64,000 bases of DNA. It comes from Malacoraja senta (taxonomy: Eukaryota). Location of the stretch: NCBI GenBank assembly GCA_038087875.1, contig CM075992.1:808001-872000 (forward strand). The letters are read 5' to 3'. Below are positions 38,401 to 49,873 of this stretch, in pieces (the first letter of the stretch is position 1; each line of letters starts with the position of its first letter). Under the pieces are notes generated by a model. That model searched no databases. It saw only the letters and a program-made list of their open reading frames with translations, and was not told the origin of the DNA. A program made the translations under genes and the position numbers.

Positions 38401-41030
38401 TGCCAGCCCCCTGCAGCCCTGTGAGCTCCTATCAAATTTTCTACTGAAATCATTACTCATCTTCACTAGCACCAACCTCTGGAGCAAGTGCTTCAGGTCA
38501 TAGCCACCTGTGTGTAATAAAATTCATGAACATATCACTCCCCACATCTCTTGTCTAAGCCTTACATCTGTGTACCCCAGGCCTTGTTGCATCACCTACT
38601 GGGAATGCTATTTAAATCTGCGATCAAGTCTCCCCTCAACTTTCTTTGGTCAGAGGAGATCAATCCAGTATCTCCAATTTAACCTTGAAATCAAACGCTA
38701 CAATTCCTGGACCACTCCAGTGAACTTCCTCTGAACCTTCTCGAATAACTTTGATACTGAGAATCTGAAACAGTATAGCCCCCCACTCCTTAAAGGGCTC
38801 TTAAAGATAGTGGAGTCAGGGGATATGGGGAGAAGGCAGGAACGGGGTATTGATTGGGGATGATCAGCCATGATCACATTGAACGGCGGTGCTAGCTTGA
38901 AGGGCCAAATGGCCTACTCCTGCACATATTGTCTATTGTCCTTTTCTCTGTGTTTATGTAATGCAGTTAATTATTCATTACTCAAGGTTTCTTAGGAACG
39001 CAACTATTGCGTTATAGCAGAACCCCCTGCAATTGGATTCCAAGCAGGCTTCATTCTTGGGGTATAATTTCCTGTAGCACGATACTTAACAGCTTCTGCA
39101 CATTCCCCAACGAATTCCTGGAAGGCATCAGTCATAACTTGGTTGTTAACATCCACATCCAAAGATACAGATGTGTGAAAATTTGCAAGAGTAGCGAGAA
39201 ATATTTCACGCAATAAGTTTTTATTATCTAGAATTGATTAGCAGAAAGGGGGGTGGATGCTGAAACAACAGCAACTTGCAAAATGTAATTAGATAAATAT
39301 TTGAAACAGATGATATGGCATTGCAACACAATCAGTAACTGTTTCTGATGGTGGCACAGGCACAAGAGGCCTGTATCATTCTCATAAACGATTACAACAA
39401 CTTCATGGCCAACATTCAATGGCTAAACAACAAAGCATCTTTAGCAAAGCCACTTTATTTTCCTTTAAAGTAAAGTTCTCACAATGACTTATTAATTGCA
39501 ACAACATTTCTACTCAGGTGAATATTTCTGTTGCTGAGAACGAACAGAAGGCAAGTAGGATTGCATGCAGCTACATTATATAATAGAATTATTTGCACAT
39601 TGGCAGCATCTTAGGGTTTCATAATGGTAAAGGAGCAGAGGTGCTGCAGTCTTCACGTTCCAGAGCCTGTGGTTTGACCCTGACCTCAATACTGCTTGTG
39701 TGGAGTTTGCACATTCTCTTTATCCTTTGTCCAGTAGGTAAACTTGCCACTAAGTTGGTTTTGTCCAGTTTTCTTCCACATCGCAAAGTTATGCTTCGAT
39801 CTTTAGATTCATTGATGATATCACTGTCATTGGCCGGATCCAACGGCAATAACAAGACCGTGTTGGGGAAGGAGAGATCGGGAACCTTGTGTCACGTTGA
39901 CAACAACTTAGCACTTGATGACAGCAAGACAAAACAGCTGGTTGTTGACCTATGGGAGTAGAGGGGTGAACAAATCCTATCCTTGTCAACAGAGCTGCTG
40001 TCAGGTTCCTCAGCATCCATAACACCAGCAACACTTTACACTGATGTGGAAATCAAGAAAGCACACCAATGTACTGGCACTTCCTGACTTGCATAACGGT
40101 CACGTTCCGTGAACCCTTAGGCAAGACAGGACTCAACGGTTTCACGTAACAAGCCTATTGTTCTCTGCAAATGCGGCTGCATATTTCTGTTTCAATTTGT
40201 TTCTATTTTCCCTTCTTTCTCTATCTGCTGGCATTTAAAGTATTTGTTATCTGGACAATTTTGGTCTCCAACTTTCCATCTCTCTGCAAATTAAAACATG
40301 ATTGTTTTCTCACTTTTCAATCTGTTGAAGGTTCCGTGATTTGAAACATTGACTCGGTTTCACTCCTTATAAATCACCCAACCTGCTGTATTTTCAGGCA
40401 TTGATTTCAGTTTGATTTGGCATCAGATAGTTGCAATGCTTGAAATTGACCAGGATCACGGGGCACCTTCCTAGGTGTTGTCATTAGATATGCCTCTGCC
40501 ACATCTGGTCTTGGAGTGTCCATTTTTGGTCTCAAGTGTCCAAGAACAATATTCTGCAGTAAGGGCTCAGACTGGGTTTAGAGCCACTATGCTCAGATTT
40601 TAATAGTGATTGGATTGGAACATACAGCATGCAAGCAGGCCCTTCAGCCCACCAAGTCCATATCGACCACCCATTCACATTAGTTGCATGTTATCCCACT
40701 TTCTCATCCACTCCTTATACGTTAGTGGCAATTTACAGAAGCCAATTAACCTCCAAACTCACACGTCTTTGGGAAGTGGGAGAAAACCGGAGCACACGGA
40801 GGAAACCCAAGTGGTCACAGGGAGAATGTGTAATCTCAACACACACAGCACATGAAATCAGGATCAAACGCAAGTCTCTGGCACTGTGAGGCAGCGGCTC
40901 TAGCAGCTAGGCCACTGTGCCTCCCATTAGAGCAGATCTCTAATCCAAGCCACCGATGTGGAAATTGCACCAAGGCAACAAAGAAACTGAAAAATTGGAA
41001 TTTCATATGGAAACAGGAGGGAATTATAGT

Positions 41031-42210
41031 AAGGCAAGGCAAGGCAAGGCAACTTTATTTATATAGCACATTTCATACACGAGGCAGACTCAAAGTGCTT
41101 CACATAAAAACATGTCATACAATAAATGAAATAATAAAATGAAATAAAATAGAAGAACTAAAAGAAAAGAAAAACAAAATTAAAAATGCATTATAAAAAG
41201 TGCAAAAGTTAAAAGTGCAATGTAGTTAAGATTTAGCTGAAAGCTAAAGTAAACATAAAAGTTTTCAGTCTTGTTTTAAAAGTGGTCAAAGTTGAGGCAA
41301 GTCTTAAATCTTCAGGAAGTTTATTCCAGCTATTTGTTGCATAGTAACTAAATCCTGCTTTCCCATGTTTTGTATTTACTCTGGGAATCACTAGCAGATT
41401 GGTTTCAGAAGATCTTAGCGGTCTAGAAGGCTTATATAGTGGAAGCATGTCAGTGATATACTTTGGCCCTAAACCATGTAGTGATTTATAGGTGAGCAGC
41501 AGGATTTTAAAATCAATTCTCTGACATACAGGGAGCCAATGTAAGGATTTAAGAATTGGTGTAATATGCTCAAATTTTTTGGTCTTTGTTAGAACTCTAG
41601 CAACAGCGTTCTGAACAAGCTGTAGCTGCCTGACAGTTTTTTTTGGAAGACCTGCAAGGAGACCGTTGCAATAATCTAGCCTACTATTAATAAAGGCATG
41701 TACAAGTTTTTCTAAATCTTGAGCTGACATGAGTCCTCTTAATCTTGCTATGTTTTTTAGGTGATAGTAGGCCGATTTTGTTACTGATTTGATGTGACTG
41801 TCGAAATTTAAATCTGAATCCATAATGACCCCAAGATTTCTGGCTTTGTTTGAAGTTTTCAGGGACAGAGAGTGAAGGTGTTGGGTTACTTTAAGCCTTT
41901 CTTTTTTAGCACCAAAAACAATTATCTCCGTTTTGTCCTTATTTAGTTGGAGAAAATGTTGGCACATCCAGTCTTTGACTTGCTCAATGCACTGGCACAA
42001 CAGATCTATGGGGCGATAATCATTTGGTGATAGCGCTACATAGATTTGAGTGTCATCGGCATAGCAGTGGTGGTCAATATTATTATATCGCATGATTTGC
42101 CCTAGTGGGAGCATGTAGATGTTGAATAAAGAGGGCCCTAAGATCGAACCTTGCGGTACTCCACACGTCACGTTTGTTGGTTCTGATACAAAGTCTCCAA
42201 TGGAAACAAA
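41031..42210 (-). mobile_element. 5'-truncated L2-clade LINE with uninterrupted RT C-terminal ORF
   Basis: GVPQGSILGP and CYADDTQIY motifs, SRLDYCN, LHWLP; (aaggc)n tail at the left end; 13-bp TSD-like repeat. Confidence 0.9.
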
Positions 42211-42983
42211 ACACAAAGTTGTTGTAATCGTTTATGAGAATCATAGTAAGCAAAACACAAAGTTCTGGAGTAACCTAATGGGTCAGGCAGCATCTACGGA
42301 GCAAATGGATAGGGAATGTTTCGGGTCAAGACCCTTCTTCAGAAGTACAGTTAATCTAGTTGCAGAAGTCTGTAGACTTCTGGTAGATTTTGGTCAGTTC
42401 ATCCTCAGAATTATAAGGAGGTACAAAGAACCCAAGTAATTAACTCTTATTTCACCCATCAGCTCTGGAGCTGGTGTGTACTTCCAACATACCCTTGATT
42501 AGAGATTACCTGTCCCGTTGAGTTACTCCAACATTTTGTGTCTATCTTCGATTTAAACCAGCATCTGCAGTACTTTCCTACACACTTTCTGCGTACAGGT
42601 CAGCTGCCACATTGCAAGATCAACCGCTCCTTGAAGAAAGTAATTAATTGGGGATATTGTAACATTAGTGGACTCGGTGGGTTGCACTGTGCATACTGTA
42701 CTGACCGGGGCGATTGTGCTTATGTACAGGGATAGTCCTGCTGAGCTGTATGCAAAAAATGTATTTCACTGTACCTGGTACCCGTGACAATAAAGAAACA
42801 ATTGAACCATTAACATTATGATAAAATCCATTGAAAATGCAATCCTATCATAATCTCACAGAGAGGGCAACAATGCAAACACGGTATTAATGGACATCCA
42901 CCAGGCCTGGTTCAGCAGTGTCAAAATACTTATGATTAGGAACTGCATAACATGATGCCATAAAAATGAATCATAAATTCTAT

Positions 42984-43122
42984 GGGGTGGGAGATTGCAA
43001 CCTTCACATGGTCCACCCTGTTTCAACGAATGCAATCAACCTGGCGTGCACAATCAAATAAGATCTAATAGAACAAGTTATCCTACAACTTTAGGCTGTG
43101 CACGCCTTACGCATGAAGAAGA
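42984..43122 (+). mobile_element. Short SINE-like element with GAAGAAGAA tail
   Basis: Copy of 4611-4731. Confidence 0.55.
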
Positions 43123-43279
43123 ATACATTCTATATCCTCTTTCTACCATGGATTTAATGGTAGAAAGAGGAGTCAGCATTAAAGTATCAGAGAGTAGCAT
43201 GAAACTAAGACCCAAGTTTCTCTACAAATTCCTTCCCATGTTGTGCTGCTGCAAGTAAGGATTTCATTGTTCTATCTAA

Positions 43280-43635
43280 GGCCTGGGGAGAGTTGATGTG
43301 GAGAAGAGGATGTTTCCACTAGTGGGAGAGTCTCGGACTAGAGGGCACAGCTTCAGAATAAAAGTACATTCCTTTAGGAAGGAGATGAGGAGGAATTTCT
43401 TTAGTCAGAGGGTGGCGAATCTGTGGAATTCGTTGCCACAGAAGGCTGTGGTGGCCAAATCAATGGATATTTTAAGGCAGAGATAGATAGATTCTTGATT
43501 AGCACGGGTGTCAGGGGTTATGGGGAGAAGGCAGAAGAAAGGGGTTAGGAGGGAGAGATAGATCAGCCATGATTGAATGGTGGAGTAGACTTGATGGGCC
43601 GAATGGCCTAATTCTGCTCCTATCGTTTATGACAA
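43280..43635 (+). mobile_element. CR1 LINE 3' fragment
   Basis: Encodes [32 protein letters not shown]. Confidence 0.8.
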
Positions 43636-44045
43636 TGAAACACTCTGGACTCAACCTCATGTCGCCATCTCTGAGCATGGGTCATTCAGAGGGGCAGGGA
43701 CACGCGTGCGCGGTGGCAGCAGTGCCGGCAGCGTTGAAACCGCGCATGCGTGCGGTGGGTTCTCCCCACATGCCGCGCACGCGCGGTGTCAACAGCACCG
43801 GCGCTGTCGGCATCGCGCCTGCGCACAGCAGGTTCGCTCTTGCGGGTCGCGCGTGCGCGTTGCCGGAGCGGTCGACGGCGCATGTGCGTGCACGGCGACG
43901 GCTTCGGGGCGGCAGGTTTCACCCTCCCCTCCCCTCCCCTCCCCTTCACAACAATGGGGTCCAATGGTGACACGACGCGCTTCGCTCACGCCCTCCCTCC
44001 CGCCCGTTGTAAGCATCTCACGCGCGGCGGGCATCGAGGTCTCAC

Positions 44046-44060
44046 CTCATAATGCTTCAT
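44046..44060 (-). CDS. TECR: TECR exon 1 coding part (MKHYE)
   Basis: gcgccATG AAG CAT TAT GAG|gtgag; identical to the human N-terminus. Confidence 0.95.
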
Positions 44061-44122
44061 GGCGCCGCTCGTGCCGCCAACTCCTCCAAACCGCCCAACG
44101 GTCGCCGGCAACTCCGCGCCAA

Positions 44123-44343
44123 CCACGTGACTGCGGGGGGGTGGGGCCGGGGGGTGGGGCCTCGCTCACCAGACGGCCAATCACCGCCTCGCTTCCCCCA
44201 GAACCAATCACCGCCCTCCCTGAGATCCCGGTGGACCAATCGCCGCCCAGCGGCCCAGATCTCCGCCTCCAGCCAATAGGCTGCGCGGAAATGAATTCCC
44301 GGGACCAATCAAAAGGAGAGGGCCGTCTGCTCGATCGGCCAAT
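44123..44343 (-). promoter_or_regulatory. TECR proximal promoter: E-box (CACGTG 44124-44129), GC boxes and six CCAAT boxes
   Basis: CCAAT on the + strand at 44177, 44204, 44236, 44273, 44305 and 44339; ggggtggggc twice at about 44138-44160. Confidence 0.8.
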
Positions 44344-44371
44344 CAGGATGCGCCTTTATGGTAAGGACAGA

Positions 44372-45449
44372 AACATGGACACATAGGACATAACATAGAG
44401 ACATGGAACATAGAGACACAGAACACAGAGACATGGAACATAGAGACACGGAACACAGAGACAGAGAGACATGGAACATAGAGACATGGAACACAGAGAC
44501 ATGGAACATAGAGACACGGAACACAGAGACAGAGAGACATGGAACATAGAGACATGGAACACAGAGACATGGAACATAGAGACACGGAACATAGAGACAT
44601 GGAACATAGACACACAGAACACAGAGACAGAGAGACACAGAACATAGAGACATGGAACATAGAGACACAGAACACAGAACACAGAGACATGGAACATAGA
44701 GACACGGAACATAGAGACATGGAACATAGACACACAGAACACAGAGACAGAGAGACACAGAACATAGAGACATGGAACATAGAGACATGGAACACAGAGA
44801 CATGGAACATAGAGATACGGAACATAGAGACATGGAACATAGAGACATGGAACACAGAGACATGGAACATAGAGACACAGAACACAGAGACATGGAACAT
44901 AGAGACACGGAACACAGAGACAGAGAGACATGGAACATAGAGACATGGAACACAGAGACATGGAACATAGAGACACGGAACATAGAGACATGGAACACAG
45001 AGACACAGAACACAGAGACACAGAACATAGAGACATGGAACACAGAGACATGGAACATAGAGACACGGAACATAGAGACATGGAACATAGAGACAGAGAC
45101 ACGGAACATAGAGACACGGAACACAGAGACATGGAACATAGAGACACAGAACACAGAGACATGCAACACAGAGACATGCAACACAGAGACATGGAACATA
45201 GAGATACGGAACATAGAGACATGGAACATAGAGACAGAGACACGGAACAGAGACATGGAACATAGAGACACGGAGCACAGAGACATGGAACATAGAGACA
45301 CAGAACACAGAGACATGGAACATAGAGACACGGAACACAGAGACATGGAACATAGAGACACGGAACATAGAGACACAGAACAGAGACATGGAACATAGAG
45401 ACACGGAACACAGAGACATGGAACATAGAGACACAGAACATAGAGACAT
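44372..45449. repeat. 15-bp minisatellite (AGAGACAYRGAACAY)n, about 1.08 kb
   Basis: Directly visible tandem array. Confidence 0.97.
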
Positions 45450-46558
45450 TGCCTCCAACTTAATTGTAAAAGATCCATTGAGTTAATTCTGATGTCCCTA
45501 ATATATTATTTTCCACACTCCCTCTCTGTCATTGTTTGGTTGTCTGCCAATAGCCTGTCCTAGTTTTTTTTACTCATTTTGTATTCTTATGCATTTAATA
45601 CCGTCCAACTTTCCGATCCAAATCCTACATTTGATGTTCATTCAGAAACCACACTGGCAACATCTGTTGGAAAGAATAGAAACTTGTCTAACAGCTGTCT
45701 TTAAATCGGACCATTTGTTCACATTCCTTGTCTCTTTGCCATTTCAACTCACTGTCTTGGTCTTTAAACTGCTCATATAAAATCTCCACATGTTCCATTC
45801 CCTTTTGTCAGTCTGGTGTCAAAGGAATTGATTGGGTATGGCATGAAACTCAGACTTTATTCATGATCCAATAAATGACCCTCATTTCCCATTCAGATCA
45901 CAACGCTCAGATGAATTTTTGCCCGTCTTCTGTTCAAATTCACAGACCGTATACTTCATTTCATTTCCAACCACTTCCCACTTTCTCTCGGGAGAAACAT
46001 CTACTTTTTGAAACGGATCTAAAGAATGGCTAATCGCCACATAAAGATGAGGAGGGAACTGGTCTCTGGTGTCCTCGACAACATTTGTTCCTCAACTAAT
46101 GTACTAATCAAGAATCTATTAATCTCCACCTTAAACATATCCATTGACTTGGCCTCCACAACCTACTGTGGCAATGAATTCCACAGATCCACCTCCCTGA
46201 TGCTGGAATGTGGAACAAGATTAGTACGGGTGTCAGGGGTTATGGAGAAAAGGCAGGAGAACAGGATTAAGAGGGAAAGATAGATCAGCCGATGGGCCGA
46301 ATGGCCTAATTCTGCTCCTATTACTTATGAAGAACCAATTTGCTGGAGAAACTCAGCGGGTCGAGCAGGGGGGGGAAAGGAATGGGGAGGTTTCCGGTCA
46401 ACACCCCACATCAGGACTGAGAGGGGGGAGTAAAGATCACTGGTATGAAGAGGAAAGCTACTTATGAGTTATTCAATGCTGTGGCTCTATGAAGTTCAAT
46501 GTCACATAAATCAGATTCAACATTGAAGCCAGGAGGCTGTAAAATCCCCAGTAGAACA

Positions 46559-46583
46559 GATTAAATGCGATTACTTAGGCTTA
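46559..46583 (+). promoter_or_regulatory. Candidate CRX/OTX2 site cluster upstream of NXNL1
   Basis: GATTA at 46559 and 46569 and GGCTTA at 46578, about 130-150 bp upstream of the ATG. Confidence 0.4.
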
Positions 46584-46706
46584 CGTTGAGCTTCAGTGGA
46601 AGTGTGTGTGAGGCTGGGTCAGAGTGGGATGGGGAATTAAAGCAGCATACGTAAAGATCCCGCTCTGATTTGGAGGCCGGGGTAGCTGCAGAGACAGCCG
46701 GTGGCC

Positions 46707-47032
46707 ATGGGAGACCTGTTTACGGGTAGAACGTTGATACAGAACAACAGGGACAGGGACGAGCTGGACACGCCGCTGCAGCTGGACAACAAACTGCGCA
46801 ACAAGGTAGTGCTGCTGTACTTTGGCTCAAGGGACTGCCCCCAATGCCGGGAGTTTGCCCCGGCCCTGCAGGCCTTCTCCAACCGCCTGTTGGACGAGTA
46901 TTACATCCTGCGGGCGGCTCAGCTGGTACTGATCTACGTATCCCAGGACACAAGCGAGGAGCAGCAGCAGCGGTACCTCAAGACGCTGCACAGGAGGTGG
47001 CTCTTCATACCGTTCCAGGACAAGTACAAACG
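46707..47032 (+). CDS. NXNL1: NXNL1 exon 1 (thioredoxin-like, CPQC); intron retention would give 109-aa RdCVF ending at 47036
   Basis: GCCATGG Kozak; MGDLFTGRTLIQNNRDRDELDT..CPQC..LRAAQLVLIYVSQD matches human NXNL1; donor CG|gtaaag. Confidence 0.95.
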
Positions 47033-48687
47033 GTAAAGTGGGGGACAGGAGGAATACACGCTCGCCTTGATCTTGTAGAGGAATAAAAAATCATGAGAGG
47101 AATAGATCAGGCAGATGCACAGAGTCTCTTGCCCAGAGTAGGTGAAGGGGAAAAGATTTAATAGGAATTAAATAGGAATAGGGTAACTTTTTCACACAAG
47201 GTGTAGTGGGGGTATGGAATGAGCTGCCAGAGGAGGTAGTTGAGGCAAGTTAAATTGAAACCAAAACCAGGAATGGCTGTTGGGATCCCTGGTAGAACAG
47301 GGGACATTAATGGCTAACCTGCGGTAAGCATTGTGATATGTAAATGTAAACCATGCTTGTCTTAAACTTGCACCAAATCCTGTCGAGTGTTGCCACACTC
47401 TTCAGGCAAACAACTCTGCAATCTTATAGTTAATTTTCTTGACTCCAGTTCCCCCTGTGGCCATGGCCCTCCTCATTTCTGCAACCTCACCTGGGCCTTC
47501 AACAATTAGTTTTCACTGTACCTCGGTACACGTGACAATAAACTAAAATGAACTGAATTGAACCGCTCTGAAGTTCCTCTCCAAAGTCTCCACCCCACCA
47601 CCCACTCTTCCTGGTCTGTTCTCCTTCGTACTTTTCTTTGGCCAAGCTATCAGTCTCCTGATAGACACAAAAAACTGGAGTAACTCAGCGGGACAGGCAG
47701 CATCTCTGGAGAGAAGGAATGGGTGACGTTTTGGGTCGAGACCATTCTTCGGACTGTCCCGTCCCGACCTTCCCAGGTGGCTGTATCAATGCTTTGTATG
47801 TGAAACTTCATGAAATATTTTGCTGTATGACAGTATATTTCTACAATAGTAACATATTCAGAGTCTAAGCAGTTAGCTAATATTCTTGAAGTTTTCCAAC
47901 TCTGACTTCTTATCAATCTGCTCTTTACAAGCATTCTTTACAATCTCTTTAGGGAAACCTCTTTACAAAGGAAACGTCCTGGCAGGCTCTGGAATTCAGC
48001 ATGTGCTTCAAATTAGTAGCTTACTATAAAGTCAGAAGCCTCTCAGAGGATCAAACCCAACAATCCAAATCTACAACAAATACTGCTGATAAAACGCAGG
48101 CCGAACAATGTCTGGCTAATGGTGCTGAATTTTAACATGTCACTGGGCTTCTTTGTTCAAACACTCGCTTAGAAACATAGAAAATAGGTTCCATGGCTAA
48201 TCATCCACAATCAGTACTCCATTCCTGCTTTCTCCCCATATCCCTCCATTCCGTTAGCCCTAAGAGCTAAATCTAAGTCTCTCTTGAAAACATCCAGTGA
48301 ATTAACCTCCACTGCCTTCTGTGGCAGAGAATTCCACAGATTCACAACTCTCTGGGTGAAAAAGCTTTTCCTCATCTCAGTCCTAAATGGCCTACCCCAT
48401 ATTCTTAAGCTTGCCAAGACTGTGGGATACCCAAAGCTCTGTGGCTTCCTACAGATACAGTCAGTATCAAACTGGAGAAGCTGTCAGAGCTCAAAGGATG
48501 TTGATCTGAAAAATTGGGTTGTACACTGCGTGAACAGTGATTTTGATTGATTTAAAGATCTAGCATGGAAACAGGCCCTTCAGCCCACCAAGACCACCCG
48601 TTCACAATCGTTCTATATTATCCCACATTCTAAATTTTCCAAATGTGCAGTTCAAAAGTTTGTTAGCTGCTGAATATTAGTAGAGAA

Positions 48688-49212
48688 ATTGCAGAGAATT
48701 GTGGACGCAGCCCAGACCATCACACAAACCAACCTCCCTTCCATTAATTCCTTCTACACTTCACACTGCCTTGGCCAGGCCACCAGTATAATCAGAGACC
48801 AGTCTCACCCCAGTCACTCCCTCTTCTCCCCTCTCCCAGGCAAGAGGTACAGAAGAGTGAAAACGCACACCACCAGATTCAGAAACAGTTTATTCCCAAG
48901 TGTTCTCAGGTAACTGAACCATCATATCAACACTAGAGAGCAGTCCTGAGCTACAATCGACCTCACTGGTGACCCTTGGAGTAATCAGACTTTACTGGAC
49001 TAATCTTGTACTAAATGTAATTCCCTTTATCATGTATCTGTACACTGTGGATGATAGACACAAAAAGCTGGAGTAACTTAGCGGGTCAGACAGCATCTCT
49101 GGAGTTTTGGGTCAGGACCCTGTAGCTGAGATTGTATTGTCTTTCTGCTGACTGCTAGCACGCAACAAACGCTTTTCACTGTACCTCGGTACACGTGTCA
49201 ATAAACTAAACT
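48688..49212 (+). mobile_element. Rex1/Babar-like LINE 3' end with a nested palindromic repeat fragment
   Basis: Encodes LQRIVDAAQTIT..HPSHSLFSPLP..TTRFRNSLFP. Confidence 0.65.
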
Positions 49213-49214
49213 AT

Positions 49215-49495
49215 TCGTTCTTGGTTTCTTGGTCCTCCAAAATATTCCATGTGGAATTTAAACTGGAGGTGGTGGAGGGAGGACTTAAGCCAGAAAGGAT
49301 TTTTGGGAAGAAAGAGCTACCTTAAATTTAGTTGCATCTGGTTGGGTAACTAAAGTAGGGTGGAGATTATTCCATGCTTTAATTGTGCGGGGGAAGAATG
49401 AATTGCTGTACACATCTGTCTTGGTAGCTGGAATCTTAAATTGGATCGAATGCCCTCGTCTGCTCGTAATTGGTTTGGGTTTGGTATAGGTAACC
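49215..49495 (-). mobile_element. Short LINE 3' fragment of a different clade (FFPRTIKAWN motif)
   Basis: RRGHSIQFKIPATKTDVYSNSFFPRTIKAWNNL resembles RT C-termini of CR1/L2-superfamily elements. Confidence 0.55.
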
Positions 49496-49561
49496 ACAAT
49501 TCTGACATGTTGTGTTAAGGTAGTGTTGATGCAAGTGAACATTTATCTTTTCTCCTTCCAG

Positions 49562-49838
49562 AGACTTACTAAGAATGTATGATGTGAAAGAAATGCCGTG
49601 CATCATTGTTCTCAAACCCAATGGCGATCTTATCAGCAGGAACGGAGTGGCAGAGATCTCCATGATGGGAGTAAATTGTTTCAAGAATTGGTGGGAAGCA
49701 TCTGATGCCATTGACCGGAATTTCCTGCTGGCAGAAGATCTTGAGGACTGGAGCTGGAAGAGTCTGACAGACCCCTTAAGGCAGCTCAAGTACAAGATTA
49801 AAAAAGTGACTACAGAGATGGCTGATGAAACCGAGTGA
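49562..49838 (+). CDS. NXNL1: NXNL1 exon 2 (completes the 200-aa long isoform RdCVFL)
   Basis: Acceptor tctccttccag, phase matches exon 1; VLKPNGDLISRNG and NWWEASDAIDRNFLLAEDLED match human. Confidence 0.95.
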
Positions 49839-49873
49839 CTAGAATGGAACTCATGATTCTACCCAATGCTTTC

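Larger units (their letters stand above)
43690..44350. promoter_or_regulatory. CpG island over the TECR promoter, exon 1 and start of intron 1
   Basis: Dense CpG/GC segment in an otherwise CpG-poor background. Confidence 0.85.

Noticed and set aside
11910..44060. TECR as a pseudogene, or as TECRL
   Set aside because: One isolated indel with all other exons, splice sites and the promoter intact; MKHYE start and NDUFB7 adjacency identify TECR.
43569..44386. Several Arg/Ala/Pro-rich ORFs
   Set aside because: By-products of the CpG island; no recognisable homology.
44309..45478. Long Cys/Ser-rich and MEHRD-repeat ORFs (up to 389 aa) on both strands
   Set aside because: They are translations of the 15-bp minisatellite, open in several frames only because the unit lacks stops.
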